NCBI RefSeq assembly: GCF_006716095.1
Contig: NZ_VFOK01000001.1
Coordinates: 835,375 to 899,374 of the forward strand
Reading direction: 5' to 3'
Origin: Barrientosiimonas humi
GTDB taxonomy: Bacteria > Actinomycetota > Actinomycetes > Actinomycetales > Dermatophilaceae
DNA: 64,000 nt
The notes below the pieces were generated by a model. That model was not told the origin of the DNA, searched no databases, and saw nothing but the letters and a program-made list of their open reading frames with translations. The position numbers and the translations under genes are program-made. Of the stretch, positions 9,395 to 18,602 are shown in pieces. Positions within the stretch are counted from its first letter, which is position 1, and every line of letters starts with the position of its first letter.

Positions 9395-10372
9395 TCACGC
9401 ACCCTGGGAGCGGAACGCGCGCCGGTAGGCCGTGGGGCTGGTGCCCAGGCGGGCGCGGAAGTGGTGGCGCAGGGTGATGGGGGTCGCGAATCCCGTTGCG
9501 GCACAGATCTGTTCGACGCTCAGGTCGGTCGACTCGAGCAGCTCCTGGGCGCGGTGCACGCGTCGCTCGGTGAGCCACCGGGCGGGGCTGGTGCCGGTGG
9601 CGGCGGTGAACCGGCGCTGGTAGGTGCGCAGCGACATCGACGCCCGGGCGGCGAGGGTCGCGACGTCGATCGCCTGGTCGAGGTGGGCGGTGGCCCAGTC
9701 GATGCTGGCCGAGACGCGGTCGTCGTCGGGGTCGCGGGGGAGCGGCTCCTCGATGAACTGGGCCTGCCCGCCGGCGCGGTGCGGCGGCACGACCATCCGG
9801 CGGGCGATGCGGCCGGCGACCTCGGCGCCGTGGTCGAGCCGGACCAGGTGCAGGCACAGGTCGAGCCCGGCCGCCGACCCGGCGCTGGTGAGCACGTCGC
9901 CGTCGTCGACGAACAGCGGGGCGCGCTCGACGCGCACCCGGGGATAGGTGTCGCGCAGGCGGTCGGCGTACTGCCAGTGGGTCGTGGCGGGGCGTCCGTC
10001 GAGCAGCCCGGCGCCGGCGAGGGCGAACGCTCCGGAGCAGATCGAGACCATGCGTGCGCCGCGGCGCGCGGCGGTCTGCAGGGCGGCCACGACGGCCGGG
10101 GACGGTGGCTGGGTGACGTCGCCGACGCTGGGCACGATCACGGTGTCGGCGCGGGCCAGGTCGTCGAGGTCGTGGTCGGTGCGCAGCTGCCCGCCGCCGA
10201 TCGTGCTCGCCCGCCTGCCCTCGGCGCACAGCCGCAGGGAGTACCACGGCTGCGGCAGGCCGGGCCAGGGGTAGCCGAACACTTCCATCGCCGCACCGGC
10301 CTCGAAGCCGGTCATGCCGTCGTAGGCCAGGACGGCCACGACGTGCGGGCGGGTGCGAGCGGTGCGCGCCAT
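9395..10372 (-). CDS. GlxA-family AraC-type transcriptional regulator (DJ-1/PfpI domain + AraC HTH)
   Basis: N-terminal DJ-1/PfpI-like domain (VAVLAYDGMTGFE..ICSGAFALA), C-terminal AraC HTH. Confidence 0.8.
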   Translation of the reverse strand: MARTARTRPHVVAVLAYDGMTGFEAGAAMEVFGYPWPGLPQPWYSLRLCAEGRRASTIGGGQLRTDHDLDDLARADTVIVPSVGDVTQPPSPAVVAALQTAARRGARMVSICSGAFALAGAGLLDGRPATTHWQYADRLRDTYPRVRVERAPLFVDDGDVLTSAGSAAGLDLCLHLVRLDHGAEVAGRIARRMVVPPHRAGGQAQFIEEPLPRDPDDDRVSASIDWATAHLDQAIDVATLAARASMSLRTYQRRFTAATGTSPARWLTERRVHRAQELLESTDLSVEQICAATGFATPITLRHHFRARLGTSPTAYRRAFRSQGA

Positions 10373-10553
10373 GGCGCGATCTTATCGAAGGTCGTCATTC
10401 ATGCCACTCGTGCCCGGCCGTACGCCGGCGCAGGCTGGGCGCATGGACGAGACGAGGACGGGGCGCACCGGGTGGCGCGCGCTGCGGGAGCTGGTGGCCG
10501 ACCTGGCGGCCGGGGTGCACGCGGGCCACGGCCTGCGGCACGGGATCGAGCCG

Positions 10554-10958
10554 TCAGCCGATGATCGTGCGCGCGAGCGCGGCGCAGGCGCAGGCCCACA
10601 GCACGCTGACGAACGTGCCGATGATGAACCGCTCGGCGACGGCGGGGTCGTCGCCCGACCGCAGCTCCGGATAGCGCCCGAGCCCCTTGATGGCCAGGGC
10701 GAGCGCGACCATCTCGCGCCAGCCCGCGACGACCGAGGCGTAGATCGCGACCCGCTCCAGCGACCCGATCCAGGCGCCGCCGCGCAACCGGTCGGCGGCG
10801 CCCTCGAGGGGGCCGCGGTGCAGGTCGGGGAAGGCCGGCGTCGGCCGTGGCTCCTCGGGGCGGCCCCGGTCGGCGAGCCGGAAGACGAGCACCGTCAGCG
10901 GTCCGCCGCCCAGGGTCGCGAGCACGCCGAGCGCGGCGACCACGAGGAAGTCAGGCAT
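10554..10958 (-). CDS. small integral membrane protein, hypothetical (possible DUF3307-type partner of the adjacent SatD-like gene)
   Basis: 134 aa, high GC3, 3-4 predicted TM helices; 48 nt downstream of the SatD-like gene on the same strand. Confidence 0.45.
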   Translation of the reverse strand: MPDFLVVAALGVLATLGGGPLTVLVFRLADRGRPEEPRPTPAFPDLHRGPLEGAADRLRGGAWIGSLERVAIYASVVAGWREMVALALAIKGLGRYPELRSGDDPAVAERFIIGTFVSVLWACACAALARTIIG

Positions 10959-11006
10959 GGCGCCAGGGTAGGAGCGAGGTCGGACACCCGCCGATAGCCA
11001 CGCGCG

Positions 11007-11666
11007 TCACGGCAGCGTGCGCAGCCGGCGGATCGCCGCTGCGGCCACCGCGAGGCCGTGGCCGCGCACCCGTTGCGACGCGGCGGAGGTGCTGATGCCG
11101 AGCTCGGCGGCCAGCTGCTGCTGGGGGACGTCGTCGACCAGCCCGCGCAGCAGTCGCCACGAGCGCTCGTCGAGCGGGCCGAGCAGCTGGTCGAGGCAGG
11201 CCAGGGCCGGGTCGACCGCTGCGGGCGGGGGAGCGGTCTGGTCGTCGGTGCGGTAGGAGAACCGGGCGTGCTTGGTGGCCGCGCGCGCGGCGCGCTCCTC
11301 GACGTGGACGATCGCGTCGCGGGCGGCCCACCAGGCCGGCCCGTCGGACGCCCCCGCCTCGTCGGAGAGGTCGGTCACCCCGCCGTAGCCGAGCCCGGCG
11401 CGCACCTCGACCTCGGGAGCCAGCGCCAGCCGCACGGCGAAGGCGACGCCGATCGCGTCGCCGAGCCGGGCGTACGTCGCCTGGAACTCGTCGCCCGCCG
11501 TCACCCCCGGCGCGCGCAGCGCGGGGAACTCTTCCCGGGTCTGCTCGAACGCGGCGACGAGCCGGTCGTGCAGCCCGGCGCGGTCGCGGTGGGTGCGGGA
11601 GCCGACGACGTCGACGATCAGGGCGGCGCACGACAGGGACGGGGACCGAGCCATGGAATGAAGCAT
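11007..11666 (-). CDS. SatD-family protein (putative regulator with C-terminal sigma-70 region-4-like HTH)
   Basis: 219 aa; C-terminal LAAELGISTSAASQRVRG helix-turn-helix; N-terminal domain of SatD type; start could be ATG at 11666 or 11654. Confidence 0.5.
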   Translation of the reverse strand: MLHSMARSPSLSCAALIVDVVGSRTHRDRAGLHDRLVAAFEQTREEFPALRAPGVTAGDEFQATYARLGDAIGVAFAVRLALAPEVEVRAGLGYGGVTDLSDEAGASDGPAWWAARDAIVHVEERAARAATKHARFSYRTDDQTAPPPAAVDPALACLDQLLGPLDERSWRLLRGLVDDVPQQQLAAELGISTSAASQRVRGHGLAVAAAAIRRLRTLP

Positions 11667-11703
11667 AGAACTTCATTCACCAGAAGTGAAGCGGAACGCT
11701 TCA
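11658..11703. promoter_or_regulatory. two adjacent perfect palindromes in an AT-rich patch at the SatD-like gene start: AATGAAG-N7-CTTCATT (11658-11678, spans the annotated ATG) and AGTGAAGCG-gaa-CGCTTCACT (11684-11704)
   Basis: read directly from sequence; divergent promoter region between the SatD-like gene and the EEP gene; local GC drops sharply. Confidence 0.5.
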
Positions 11704-11882
11704 CTGGCCCGGTCCCCGTGCGCAGCGGCGTCGCGGCGTCAGTGCGCGGCGCGCGCGACGTCGGTGCCCTTCGGCGTGAGCACGAAGGCCAGCGCCGCGA
11801 CGGCGAGCATCAGGATGCCCCCGATGCTGGCGCTCAGGACGGCGAGCGGGTGTCTAGGCTCGTGACCGTGCGGCAGGCGGGG

Positions 11883-12839
11883 ATGGTGCGACGGCCGTCC
11901 GCGCGCACCCGGCGCCTCGCCGCCGCCGGCCTGACCGTGCTGGTCGCGCTGCTGGTGAGCACCCGCTGGTGGGACACCCACCGCTTCCAGGTCCCCGTCC
12001 TGCAGGCAGCCTTCCCCGTCGTCGGGGCGCTCGCGGTGGGCTGGGCGGCGCTGCTGCTGGCGCTGCGGCACCGGACCGCCGCGACGGTGCTCGCGGTGCT
12101 GGCCGCGCTCGTACCGCTGCTGCTCGCCGGGGGTTCGCTGCGCAGCGACACGGTGCCGTCGCGCCCGGGCGACCAGGTCGTGATGAGCGCCAACCTGCAG
12201 TACGGCCGCGCCGACCCCGCCGCGCTCGTCACCCTGGTGCGCGAGCAGCGCGTCGACGTGCTCGTCCTGGTCGAGGTCACGCCCGACGCGGCCGCCGCGC
12301 TGCGCCGCGCCGGCCTCGACCGCCTCCTGCCGCAGTCGGCCGGCAGCCCGCGCACCGGCGCCGACGGCACCGTGATCCGCAGCCGCCACCCGCTCCAGAC
12401 GCTCGAGAACGCCCAGGTGCCAGGCCTTTTCGGCTCACCTGTCGCGCGCGTGCGCGCACCCTCGGGCACGTACGTCGTCAAGGGCGTGCACCCGTACCCA
12501 CCCGCCGGCGAGCTCGTCGCGGGGTGGCACCGACAGCTGCGCGACCTGGGGCGGTGGGTGCGCGCGCAGCCGACCGACGAGCCGCTGGTGCTGGCCGGCG
12601 ACTTCAACTCCTCCTCGGCCCACCCGGCCTTCCGCGAGGCGACCGCCGGGCTCACCGACGCCCACGGCGCCGCCGGGAAGGGGTGGGTGCGCACCTGGCC
12701 GGTGGGGCAGCGGGTGCCGCCGTTCGTGCAGATCGACCACGTGCTGCAGCGCGGCGGTCGCGTGGTCGATGCCGGCAGCGCGACCGTGCCCGACACCGAC
12801 CACGCGGTGGTCTGGGCGCGGCTGCGCGTCCCGGGCTGA
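11883..12839 (+). CDS. endonuclease/exonuclease/phosphatase (EEP) family protein with N-terminal membrane anchor
   Basis: N-terminal TM helices then EEP core (VVMSANLQYG...LVLVEV...LAGDFNSS...DHVL); track ORF from 11058 is overextended. Confidence 0.7.
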   Translation: MVRRPSARTRRLAAAGLTVLVALLVSTRWWDTHRFQVPVLQAAFPVVGALAVGWAALLLALRHRTAATVLAVLAALVPLLLAGGSLRSDTVPSRPGDQVVMSANLQYGRADPAALVTLVREQRVDVLVLVEVTPDAAAALRRAGLDRLLPQSAGSPRTGADGTVIRSRHPLQTLENAQVPGLFGSPVARVRAPSGTYVVKGVHPYPPAGELVAGWHRQLRDLGRWVRAQPTDEPLVLAGDFNSSSAHPAFREATAGLTDAHGAAGKGWVRTWPVGQRVPPFVQIDHVLQRGGRVVDAGSATVPDTDHAVVWARLRVPG

Positions 12840-12918
12840 GTGCCGCAGCGCCCGACCGGCCGCCCCGCGCGACCGCAGCGCCCCCAGGGCAGGCAGCGCC
12901 CCCAGGGCATACGGTGCG

Positions 12919-13656
12919 GTGGTGAGCGAGCGCGGTGGCGGGCCCTTCGGCGAGCTGGGACGGTTCGCCCGGGCGGCCCTGGTCGACCCGGTGCCGCGCG
13001 ACCACCGTGAGTCGCGCGCCGCGATCCGCCGCCGCCAGGTCGTGGTGCTGGCCACCCTCGTCGTCGGCTTCGCGCTGCTGACCTGGGCGCTGCGTACGCC
13101 CCCTGGCAGCTCGGCCTTCTACGTCGCCACCCTCGCGCTCGCCGCGGTCTGGGTGGCCGGGGCGTTCGCCTCCGGGCCGCTGCACCTGGGCCGCGCGCGC
13201 ACCCGCACCGGGCGCATCGACGCGCGCCCGGTCGTGCAGCCGGTCGTCCTCGGCGTCTCGCTGCTGCTGGTGTTCCTCGCCGGGGCGCTCGTGGTGGGCC
13301 GGATCCCGCTGCTGCGCGGCCCGGTGGAGGAGCTGCTCGACCACGCCCGCTTCGGCTCGCTGCTCGCCGTCGCGCTCATCACGGCGATCAACGGCATCGC
13401 CGAGGAGCTGTTCTTCCGCGGCGCGATGTATGCCGCGCTCACCCGCCACCCCGTCGCGGTCTCGACGATCGCGTACACCCTGTCGACCGTGGGCACGGGG
13501 GTGCCGCTGCTCGTGCTGGCCGCCGCCGCGCTCGGCCTGGTGACCGGCCTGCAGCGTCGGGTCACCGGTGGCATCCTCGCGCCGACGATCACCCATGTGG
13601 TGTGGTCGCTCGGCATGCTCCTGCTGCTTCCCCCCGCCCTCGCGATCGGAGACTGA
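12919..13656 (+). CDS. CPBP-family (CAAX/Abi) intramembrane metalloprotease
   Basis: polytopic membrane protein with EExxxR motif (EELFFRGAMY) and second His motif (HVVWS); GTG start inferred. Confidence 0.7.
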   Translation: MVSERGGGPFGELGRFARAALVDPVPRDHRESRAAIRRRQVVVLATLVVGFALLTWALRTPPGSSAFYVATLALAAVWVAGAFASGPLHLGRARTRTGRIDARPVVQPVVLGVSLLLVFLAGALVVGRIPLLRGPVEELLDHARFGSLLAVALITAINGIAEELFFRGAMYAALTRHPVAVSTIAYTLSTVGTGVPLLVLAAAALGLVTGLQRRVTGGILAPTITHVVWSLGMLLLLPPALAIGD

Positions 13657-13657
13657 C

Positions 13658-14713
13658 ATGGCCACGGACCAGACCGACCGGCCCGCCGGCGACGGGCCGG
13701 TGCTCGTCACCGGCGCCACCGGATACATCGGCGGGCTGCTCGTCCCCGAGCTGCTGCGTCGCGGCCGGACGGTGCGGGTGCTCTCGCGCAGCGCCGACCG
13801 CATCGCCGAGCTCGACTGGGGCGACGCGGTCGAGGTCGCCGAGGGCGACGCGTCCGACGCCGACGACGTGGCCGCGGCGCTCGAGGGCGTCGACGTGGCC
13901 TACTACCTGCTGCACTCGATGGCCGGCGGCGACGACTTCGAGGAGCGCGACCGCGAGCTGGCGCGCACGTTCGCGACCGCCGCGGCGCAGCAGGGCGTCC
14001 GGCGGCTGGTCTACCTCGGCGGCCTGCACCCCGACGGCGAGCTGTCGCCGCACCTGGCCTCGCGCGTCGAGGTCGGGAAGATCCTGCTCGACTCGGGCGT
14101 GCCGACCGCGGTCCTGCAGGCCGGGGTGGTGCTGGGCGACGGGTCGGCGTCGTTCGACATGCTGCGCTACCTCACCGAGCGGCTGCCGGTCGTCGTCGCG
14201 CCGCGCTGGCTGCGCAACCGCATCCAGCCGATCGCCGCGGACGACGTCGTGCACTACCTCGCCGAGGCCGCCGACCTGCCGGCCGACCTCAACCGCACCT
14301 TCGACGTGGGCGGCCCCGACGTGCTGACCTACGCCGAGATGATGGAGCGCTTCGCGGCCCTCACCGACCTCGGCCCGCGCTACATCGCGACCGTGCCGGT
14401 GCTCACCCCCGAGCTCGCCAGCCTGTGGGTGGGGCTCGTCACGCCGGTCGACTCCGGGGTGGCGCGGCCGCTGGTCGGCAGCCTGATCCACGACGCCGTG
14501 CGCTCCGAGGAGGACCTCGACGACCTGGTCCCGCCCCCGCCCGGCGGGGCCGCCGGCTTCGACGAGGCCGTGCGCCGGGCCACCCGCGACATGCACCTGT
14601 CGCTGTCGGCCCAGGGCGCCCGGCTCGGGGCGGGCGCGATCGGCGCGGCCGTCTCGCTCGGGTCGGCGGCGACCGCGCCGGCCCGGGGAGTGCTGCGCCG
14701 CCTGCGGTCCTGA
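13658..14713 (+). CDS. NAD(P)H-binding NmrA/SDR-like epimerase/dehydratase family protein
   Basis: Rossmann GxxGxxG (VTGATGYIGG); ATG 1 nt after the CPBP stop. Confidence 0.8.
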   Translation: MATDQTDRPAGDGPVLVTGATGYIGGLLVPELLRRGRTVRVLSRSADRIAELDWGDAVEVAEGDASDADDVAAALEGVDVAYYLLHSMAGGDDFEERDRELARTFATAAAQQGVRRLVYLGGLHPDGELSPHLASRVEVGKILLDSGVPTAVLQAGVVLGDGSASFDMLRYLTERLPVVVAPRWLRNRIQPIAADDVVHYLAEAADLPADLNRTFDVGGPDVLTYAEMMERFAALTDLGPRYIATVPVLTPELASLWVGLVTPVDSGVARPLVGSLIHDAVRSEEDLDDLVPPPPGGAAGFDEAVRRATRDMHLSLSAQGARLGAGAIGAAVSLGSAATAPARGVLRRLRS

Positions 14714-14864
14714 GCCCCGGGCGTACGTCGGGGTCGGGGGCCGCCGGCAGCGGCGCCGGGGCGGGTCGCTCGGTCCGATCGGTGACGTGCCCTCCGGGCC
14801 TCGGCATCGCCGGCCCCCGCGTGTGACACGTGGTGCAGGTGGGACGAAGGGCTACCCTGCGGAC

Positions 14865-17648
14865 GTGGCCACCCGTCAGTCCGCGTCGTCCCAGCGCGCC
14901 TCCGCGAGTCGCGGTCGCTCCACGCGACCGTCCTCGCGCACGTCCTCCCGCCCGCCCGCCAAGAAGAAGGCCGGCGCGGGTGGCAGCACGCGCGCCAAGA
15001 CGACCAGCGGCGGGCTGCCCCTGCCGCTGCGCGCGCTGCGCGGCACCTGGATGGGCGTCGCGCACGTCGCCGGCGGCGCCGCCCGTCGGGTCGGGACGTC
15101 CGCGCGCGACCTCGACCCCGAGCACCGTCGCGACGGAGTCGGTTTCCTGCTCGTCGCGCTCTCGCTCGTCGTCGCCGCTCGCGAGTGGTGGGGCCTGAGC
15201 GGATTCTTCGGCGACGTCGTGCACGCGGTCGTCGCGGGCACGTTCGGCCGGGTCGGCCTGGTGCTGCCGCTCGTGCTGCTGCTGCTCGGGGTGCACCTGC
15301 TGCGCTCGCCGCGCGGCCACCAACCGACCAACCGGGTCGTCATCGGCCTGGTCATGCTGGCCTTCTCCGCCTGCGGCCTGGCCCACCTCGCCGACGGCAT
15401 GCCCGCCCCGCCCGACGGCCAGGAGGCCATGCGCGAGGCCGGCGGCATCATCGGCTTCCTGGCCTCCAGCCCGCTCGAGGCGGCCGTCCGGGTCTGGGGC
15501 GCGGTGCCGCTGCTGCTCCTGCTCGGGGTCTTCGGCCTGCTCGTCGTCACCGCCACGCCGGTGCACCTGGTCGGGCAGCGGCTCGGCGAGCTGCGCGACC
15601 GGATCTTCGGCATGCCCGAGGCCTACGACGGCCAGGACGAGGAGCAGCTCGACGCCGTCGCGGCCGACCGGCACGGCGCCGACATCGACGGCACGGCGCC
15701 GAAGCGGCGCAGGCGCACCCGCAAGAAGGACGCCGAGCCCGAGTCCGACGACGAGGCCCGCGAGGGTGACGAGGCGTTCGAGCAGGCGGCCACGGTCGTA
15801 CCCCGTCGGACCAAGGGCGGACGGGTGCTGCGCCCCGGCGAGAAGGCCCCCAAGGACGACCCCGAGCGCGCCGGCGGCGAGGTCTACGACGGCGAGGCGG
15901 CCGAGGCCGCCGAGGCGCTGGACCGGGCCAAGCAGGGCGCGGTCAAGCTGCCGACCGCCAAGGCGGGGGAGGCGGCCGCCGGCGAGAGCAGGTCCAAGCT
16001 GGAGGCCCCGCCCACCCAGCAGCTGCCGCAGCGCGTCGAGCAGCTCGCGCTGGCGGGCGACGTCACCTACACGCTGCCCGAGAGCACGCTGCTCGAGCCG
16101 GGCACCCCGCACAAGTCGCGCTCGTCGGCCAACGACCGCGTCGTCGAGGCGCTCACCGAGACGCTGGAGTCGTTCAACGTCGACGCCGAGGTCACCGGGT
16201 TCACCCGCGGCCCGACGGTCACCCGCTACGAGGTCGAGCTGGGCGGCGGCACCAAGGTCGAGAAGGTCACGGCGCTGTCGAAGAACATCGCCTACGCCGT
16301 CGCGTCGGCCGACGTTCGCATCCTCAGCCCCATCCCGGGCAAGAAGGCCATCGGCATCGAGATCCCCAACACCGACCGCGAGAAGGTCAGCCTCGGGGAC
16401 GTGCTGCGCAGCCAGGCCGCTCGCGGCAACGAGCACCCGATGGTGATGGGCGTCGGCAAGGACGTCGAGGGTGGTTACGTCATCGCCAACCTCGCGAAGA
16501 TGCCGCACATGCTGGTGGCGGGCGCCACCGGCGCCGGAAAGTCCAGCTTCGTGAACTCGATGATCACCTCGGTGCTCATGCGCGCGACGCCCGACGAGGT
16601 GCGCATGGTGCTGGTCGACCCCAAGCGGGTCGAGCTGACCGCCTACGAGGGCATCCCGCACCTGATCACCCCGATCATCACCAGCCCCAAGAAGGCCGCC
16701 GAGGCGCTGCAGTGGGTCGTGCGCGAGATGGACACCCGCTACGACGACCTCGCGGCGTTCGGCTACAAGCACATCGACGACTTCAACAAGGCGGTGCGTG
16801 CCGGACGGGTGCAGCCGCTGCCCGGGTCGGAGCGGGTGCTGCAGCCCTACCCCTACCTGCTCGTGATCGTCGACGAGCTCGCCGACCTGATGATGGTGGC
16901 GCCGCGCGACGTCGAGGAGTCGATCGTGCGCATCACCCAGCTCGCGCGCGCGGCCGGCATCCACCTGGTGCTCGCGACGCAGCGCCCCTCGGTCGACGTC
17001 GTCACGGGTCTGATCAAGGCCAACGTGCCGAGCCGTCTCGCCTTCGCCACCAGCTCGCTCGCCGACAGCCGCGTCGTGCTCGACCAGCCCGGCGCCGAGA
17101 AGCTCATCGGCCAGGGTGACGCGCTGTTCCTGCCCATGGGCGCCTCCAAGCCGATGCGTGTGCAGGGCGCGTGGGTCACCGAGACCGAGGTCCAGCAGGT
17201 CGTGGAGCACGTGCGCGAGCAGCTGAAGCCGACCTACCGCGACGACGTCGCCGTCTCGGCGCCCAAGAAGGAGATCGACGAGGACATCGGCGACGACCTC
17301 GACGTGCTGCTGCAGGCGGCCGAGCTGGTCGTCACCACGCAGTTCGGGTCGACCTCGATGCTGCAGCGCAAGCTGCGCGTCGGGTTCGCCAAGGCCGGTC
17401 GCCTGATGGACCTGCTGGAGTCGCGCGGCATCGTCGGCCCGTCCGAGGGCTCCAAGGCGCGTGACGTGCTGGTCAAGCCCGACGACCTGCCGACCACGCT
17501 CGCGCTGCTGCGCGGCGAGGAGGTCCCCGACCGGGCCGACGACGCCGGTGACGTGGGCGAGGAGCCGGCGCAGGCGTACCACGACGGCCATGACGGCGAG
17601 GATGAGTCCGGTGAGGACGCGTGGGAGCTGACCCAGCACGGCCGCTGA
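14865..17648 (+). CDS. ftsK: DNA translocase FtsK/SpoIIIE
   Basis: N-terminal 4-TM region, Pro/Ala-rich linker, FtsK motor with Walker A (GATGAGKSS), C-terminal gamma domain; GTG start inferred at VATRQSA. Confidence 0.9.
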   Translation: MATRQSASSQRASASRGRSTRPSSRTSSRPPAKKKAGAGGSTRAKTTSGGLPLPLRALRGTWMGVAHVAGGAARRVGTSARDLDPEHRRDGVGFLLVALSLVVAAREWWGLSGFFGDVVHAVVAGTFGRVGLVLPLVLLLLGVHLLRSPRGHQPTNRVVIGLVMLAFSACGLAHLADGMPAPPDGQEAMREAGGIIGFLASSPLEAAVRVWGAVPLLLLLGVFGLLVVTATPVHLVGQRLGELRDRIFGMPEAYDGQDEEQLDAVAADRHGADIDGTAPKRRRRTRKKDAEPESDDEAREGDEAFEQAATVVPRRTKGGRVLRPGEKAPKDDPERAGGEVYDGEAAEAAEALDRAKQGAVKLPTAKAGEAAAGESRSKLEAPPTQQLPQRVEQLALAGDVTYTLPESTLLEPGTPHKSRSSANDRVVEALTETLESFNVDAEVTGFTRGPTVTRYEVELGGGTKVEKVTALSKNIAYAVASADVRILSPIPGKKAIGIEIPNTDREKVSLGDVLRSQAARGNEHPMVMGVGKDVEGGYVIANLAKMPHMLVAGATGAGKSSFVNSMITSVLMRATPDEVRMVLVDPKRVELTAYEGIPHLITPIITSPKKAAEALQWVVREMDTRYDDLAAFGYKHIDDFNKAVRAGRVQPLPGSERVLQPYPYLLVIVDELADLMMVAPRDVEESIVRITQLARAAGIHLVLATQRPSVDVVTGLIKANVPSRLAFATSSLADSRVVLDQPGAEKLIGQGDALFLPMGASKPMRVQGAWVTETEVQQVVEHVREQLKPTYRDDVAVSAPKKEIDEDIGDDLDVLLQAAELVVTTQFGSTSMLQRKLRVGFAKAGRLMDLLESRGIVGPSEGSKARDVLVKPDDLPTTLALLRGEEVPDRADDAGDVGEEPAQAYHDGHDGEDESGEDAWELTQHGR

Positions 17649-18442
17649 GGACCGGGTGCACCGCGGCCGGGGGTCCGCGGCCGCGGTGGCAGCGGTGGCG
17701 CTACTACCCCAACGCGGTGCTGCTCGGCGCCCAGCTGCTGGGGATCCTGGTCTACCCGTTCACCGACAGCGAGCTCGGGCGCGCGGTCTTCTCGCTCTTC
17801 CAGCTCGGGGTGCTGGTCATCGCCGTCGGCGCGGTGCGCGCCACCCCGGCGCTGAACTGGGTGTCGTGGGTGTTCGGCGTGCCGGCCGCGGTGCTGACCC
17901 TGGTCGAGGTCGTCGTGCGCGACAACAACACGATCTCGTTGCTGTCCAACGTGACTCACGCGGCGTTCTACTTCTACCTGGCCTATGCGCTGGTGCGGTA
18001 CATGTTCGCCGACCGGCACGTCAGCACCGACGAGATGTTCGCGACCGGGTCGTGCTTCACGGTGGTCGCATGGGCGTTCGCGTACCTGTACGGCGCGGTG
18101 CAGAACGTCTGGGGGCCCGAGCAGTTCTCGCACGCCGGCGACGGGCCGCTGACCTGGATGCAGATGCTGTTCCTGAGCTTCACGACGATGACCGGCACGG
18201 GCCTGTCCGACATCTCGCCGGTCGGGGGACAGGCACGCTCCATCGTCATGCTGGAGCAGCTGGCCGGGCTCAACTACGTCGCGCTGGTGGTCGCCCGGCT
18301 GCTGGCCATGACGATGGCGCGTTTCCACGCCGAGGGTGACGCGGACGTACGGCGGTGGCGGGGTGACGCGGGCACGCCCCCCAGGAGCGACCGCGCCACC
18401 GACACCCGCACCGACACCGACACCGAGACCGACGAGGCGTGA
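17621..18442 (+). CDS. ion-channel-like membrane protein (two-TM pore-loop family)
   Basis: TM helices flanking a pore-loop-like TTMTGTGLSD segment; start uncertain (the listed ATG overlaps the ftsK 3' end by 28 nt). Confidence 0.5.
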   Translation: MGADPARPLRTGCTAAGGPRPRWQRWRYYPNAVLLGAQLLGILVYPFTDSELGRAVFSLFQLGVLVIAVGAVRATPALNWVSWVFGVPAAVLTLVEVVVRDNNTISLLSNVTHAAFYFYLAYALVRYMFADRHVSTDEMFATGSCFTVVAWAFAYLYGAVQNVWGPEQFSHAGDGPLTWMQMLFLSFTTMTGTGLSDISPVGGQARSIVMLEQLAGLNYVALVVARLLAMTMARFHAEGDADVRRWRGDAGTPPRSDRATDTRTDTDTETDEA

Positions 18443-18472
18443 GGCGTCAGTGCGTCAGGCGTGAGGCGTCAG
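18434..18472. repeat. duplication of the channel-gene stop-codon region: gaggcgTGAggcgtcag occurs twice, gcgtcag three times
   Basis: read directly; stop codon at 18440-18442 lies inside copy 1. Confidence 0.5.
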
Positions 18473-18495
18473 GCGCGGCGCACACCTTCCCGCGC

Positions 18496-18592
18496 ATGAA
18501 ACCGGGTTACGTGCGTTTGACCCTGATGCATTGAGGTCAGTTACACGTAACCGGGTTTCATGCCTGGGGGTGCCGATGAAACCCGGTTTCAT
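18496..18592. repeat. three copies of a 19-bp palindrome CATGAAACC-N-GGTTTCATG (core TGAAAC-N3-GTTTCA) between the convergent channel-like gene and kdpE
   Basis: A 18496-18514 catgaaaccgggttacgtg; A' 18544-18562 cacgtaaccgggtttcatg; B 18576-18592 atgaaacccggtttcat; A/A' can form a ~19-bp stem; a partial fourth copy (ttcatgcgg) follows at ~18604. Confidence 0.6.
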
Positions 18593-18602
18593 GCGGGGTG
18601 GT

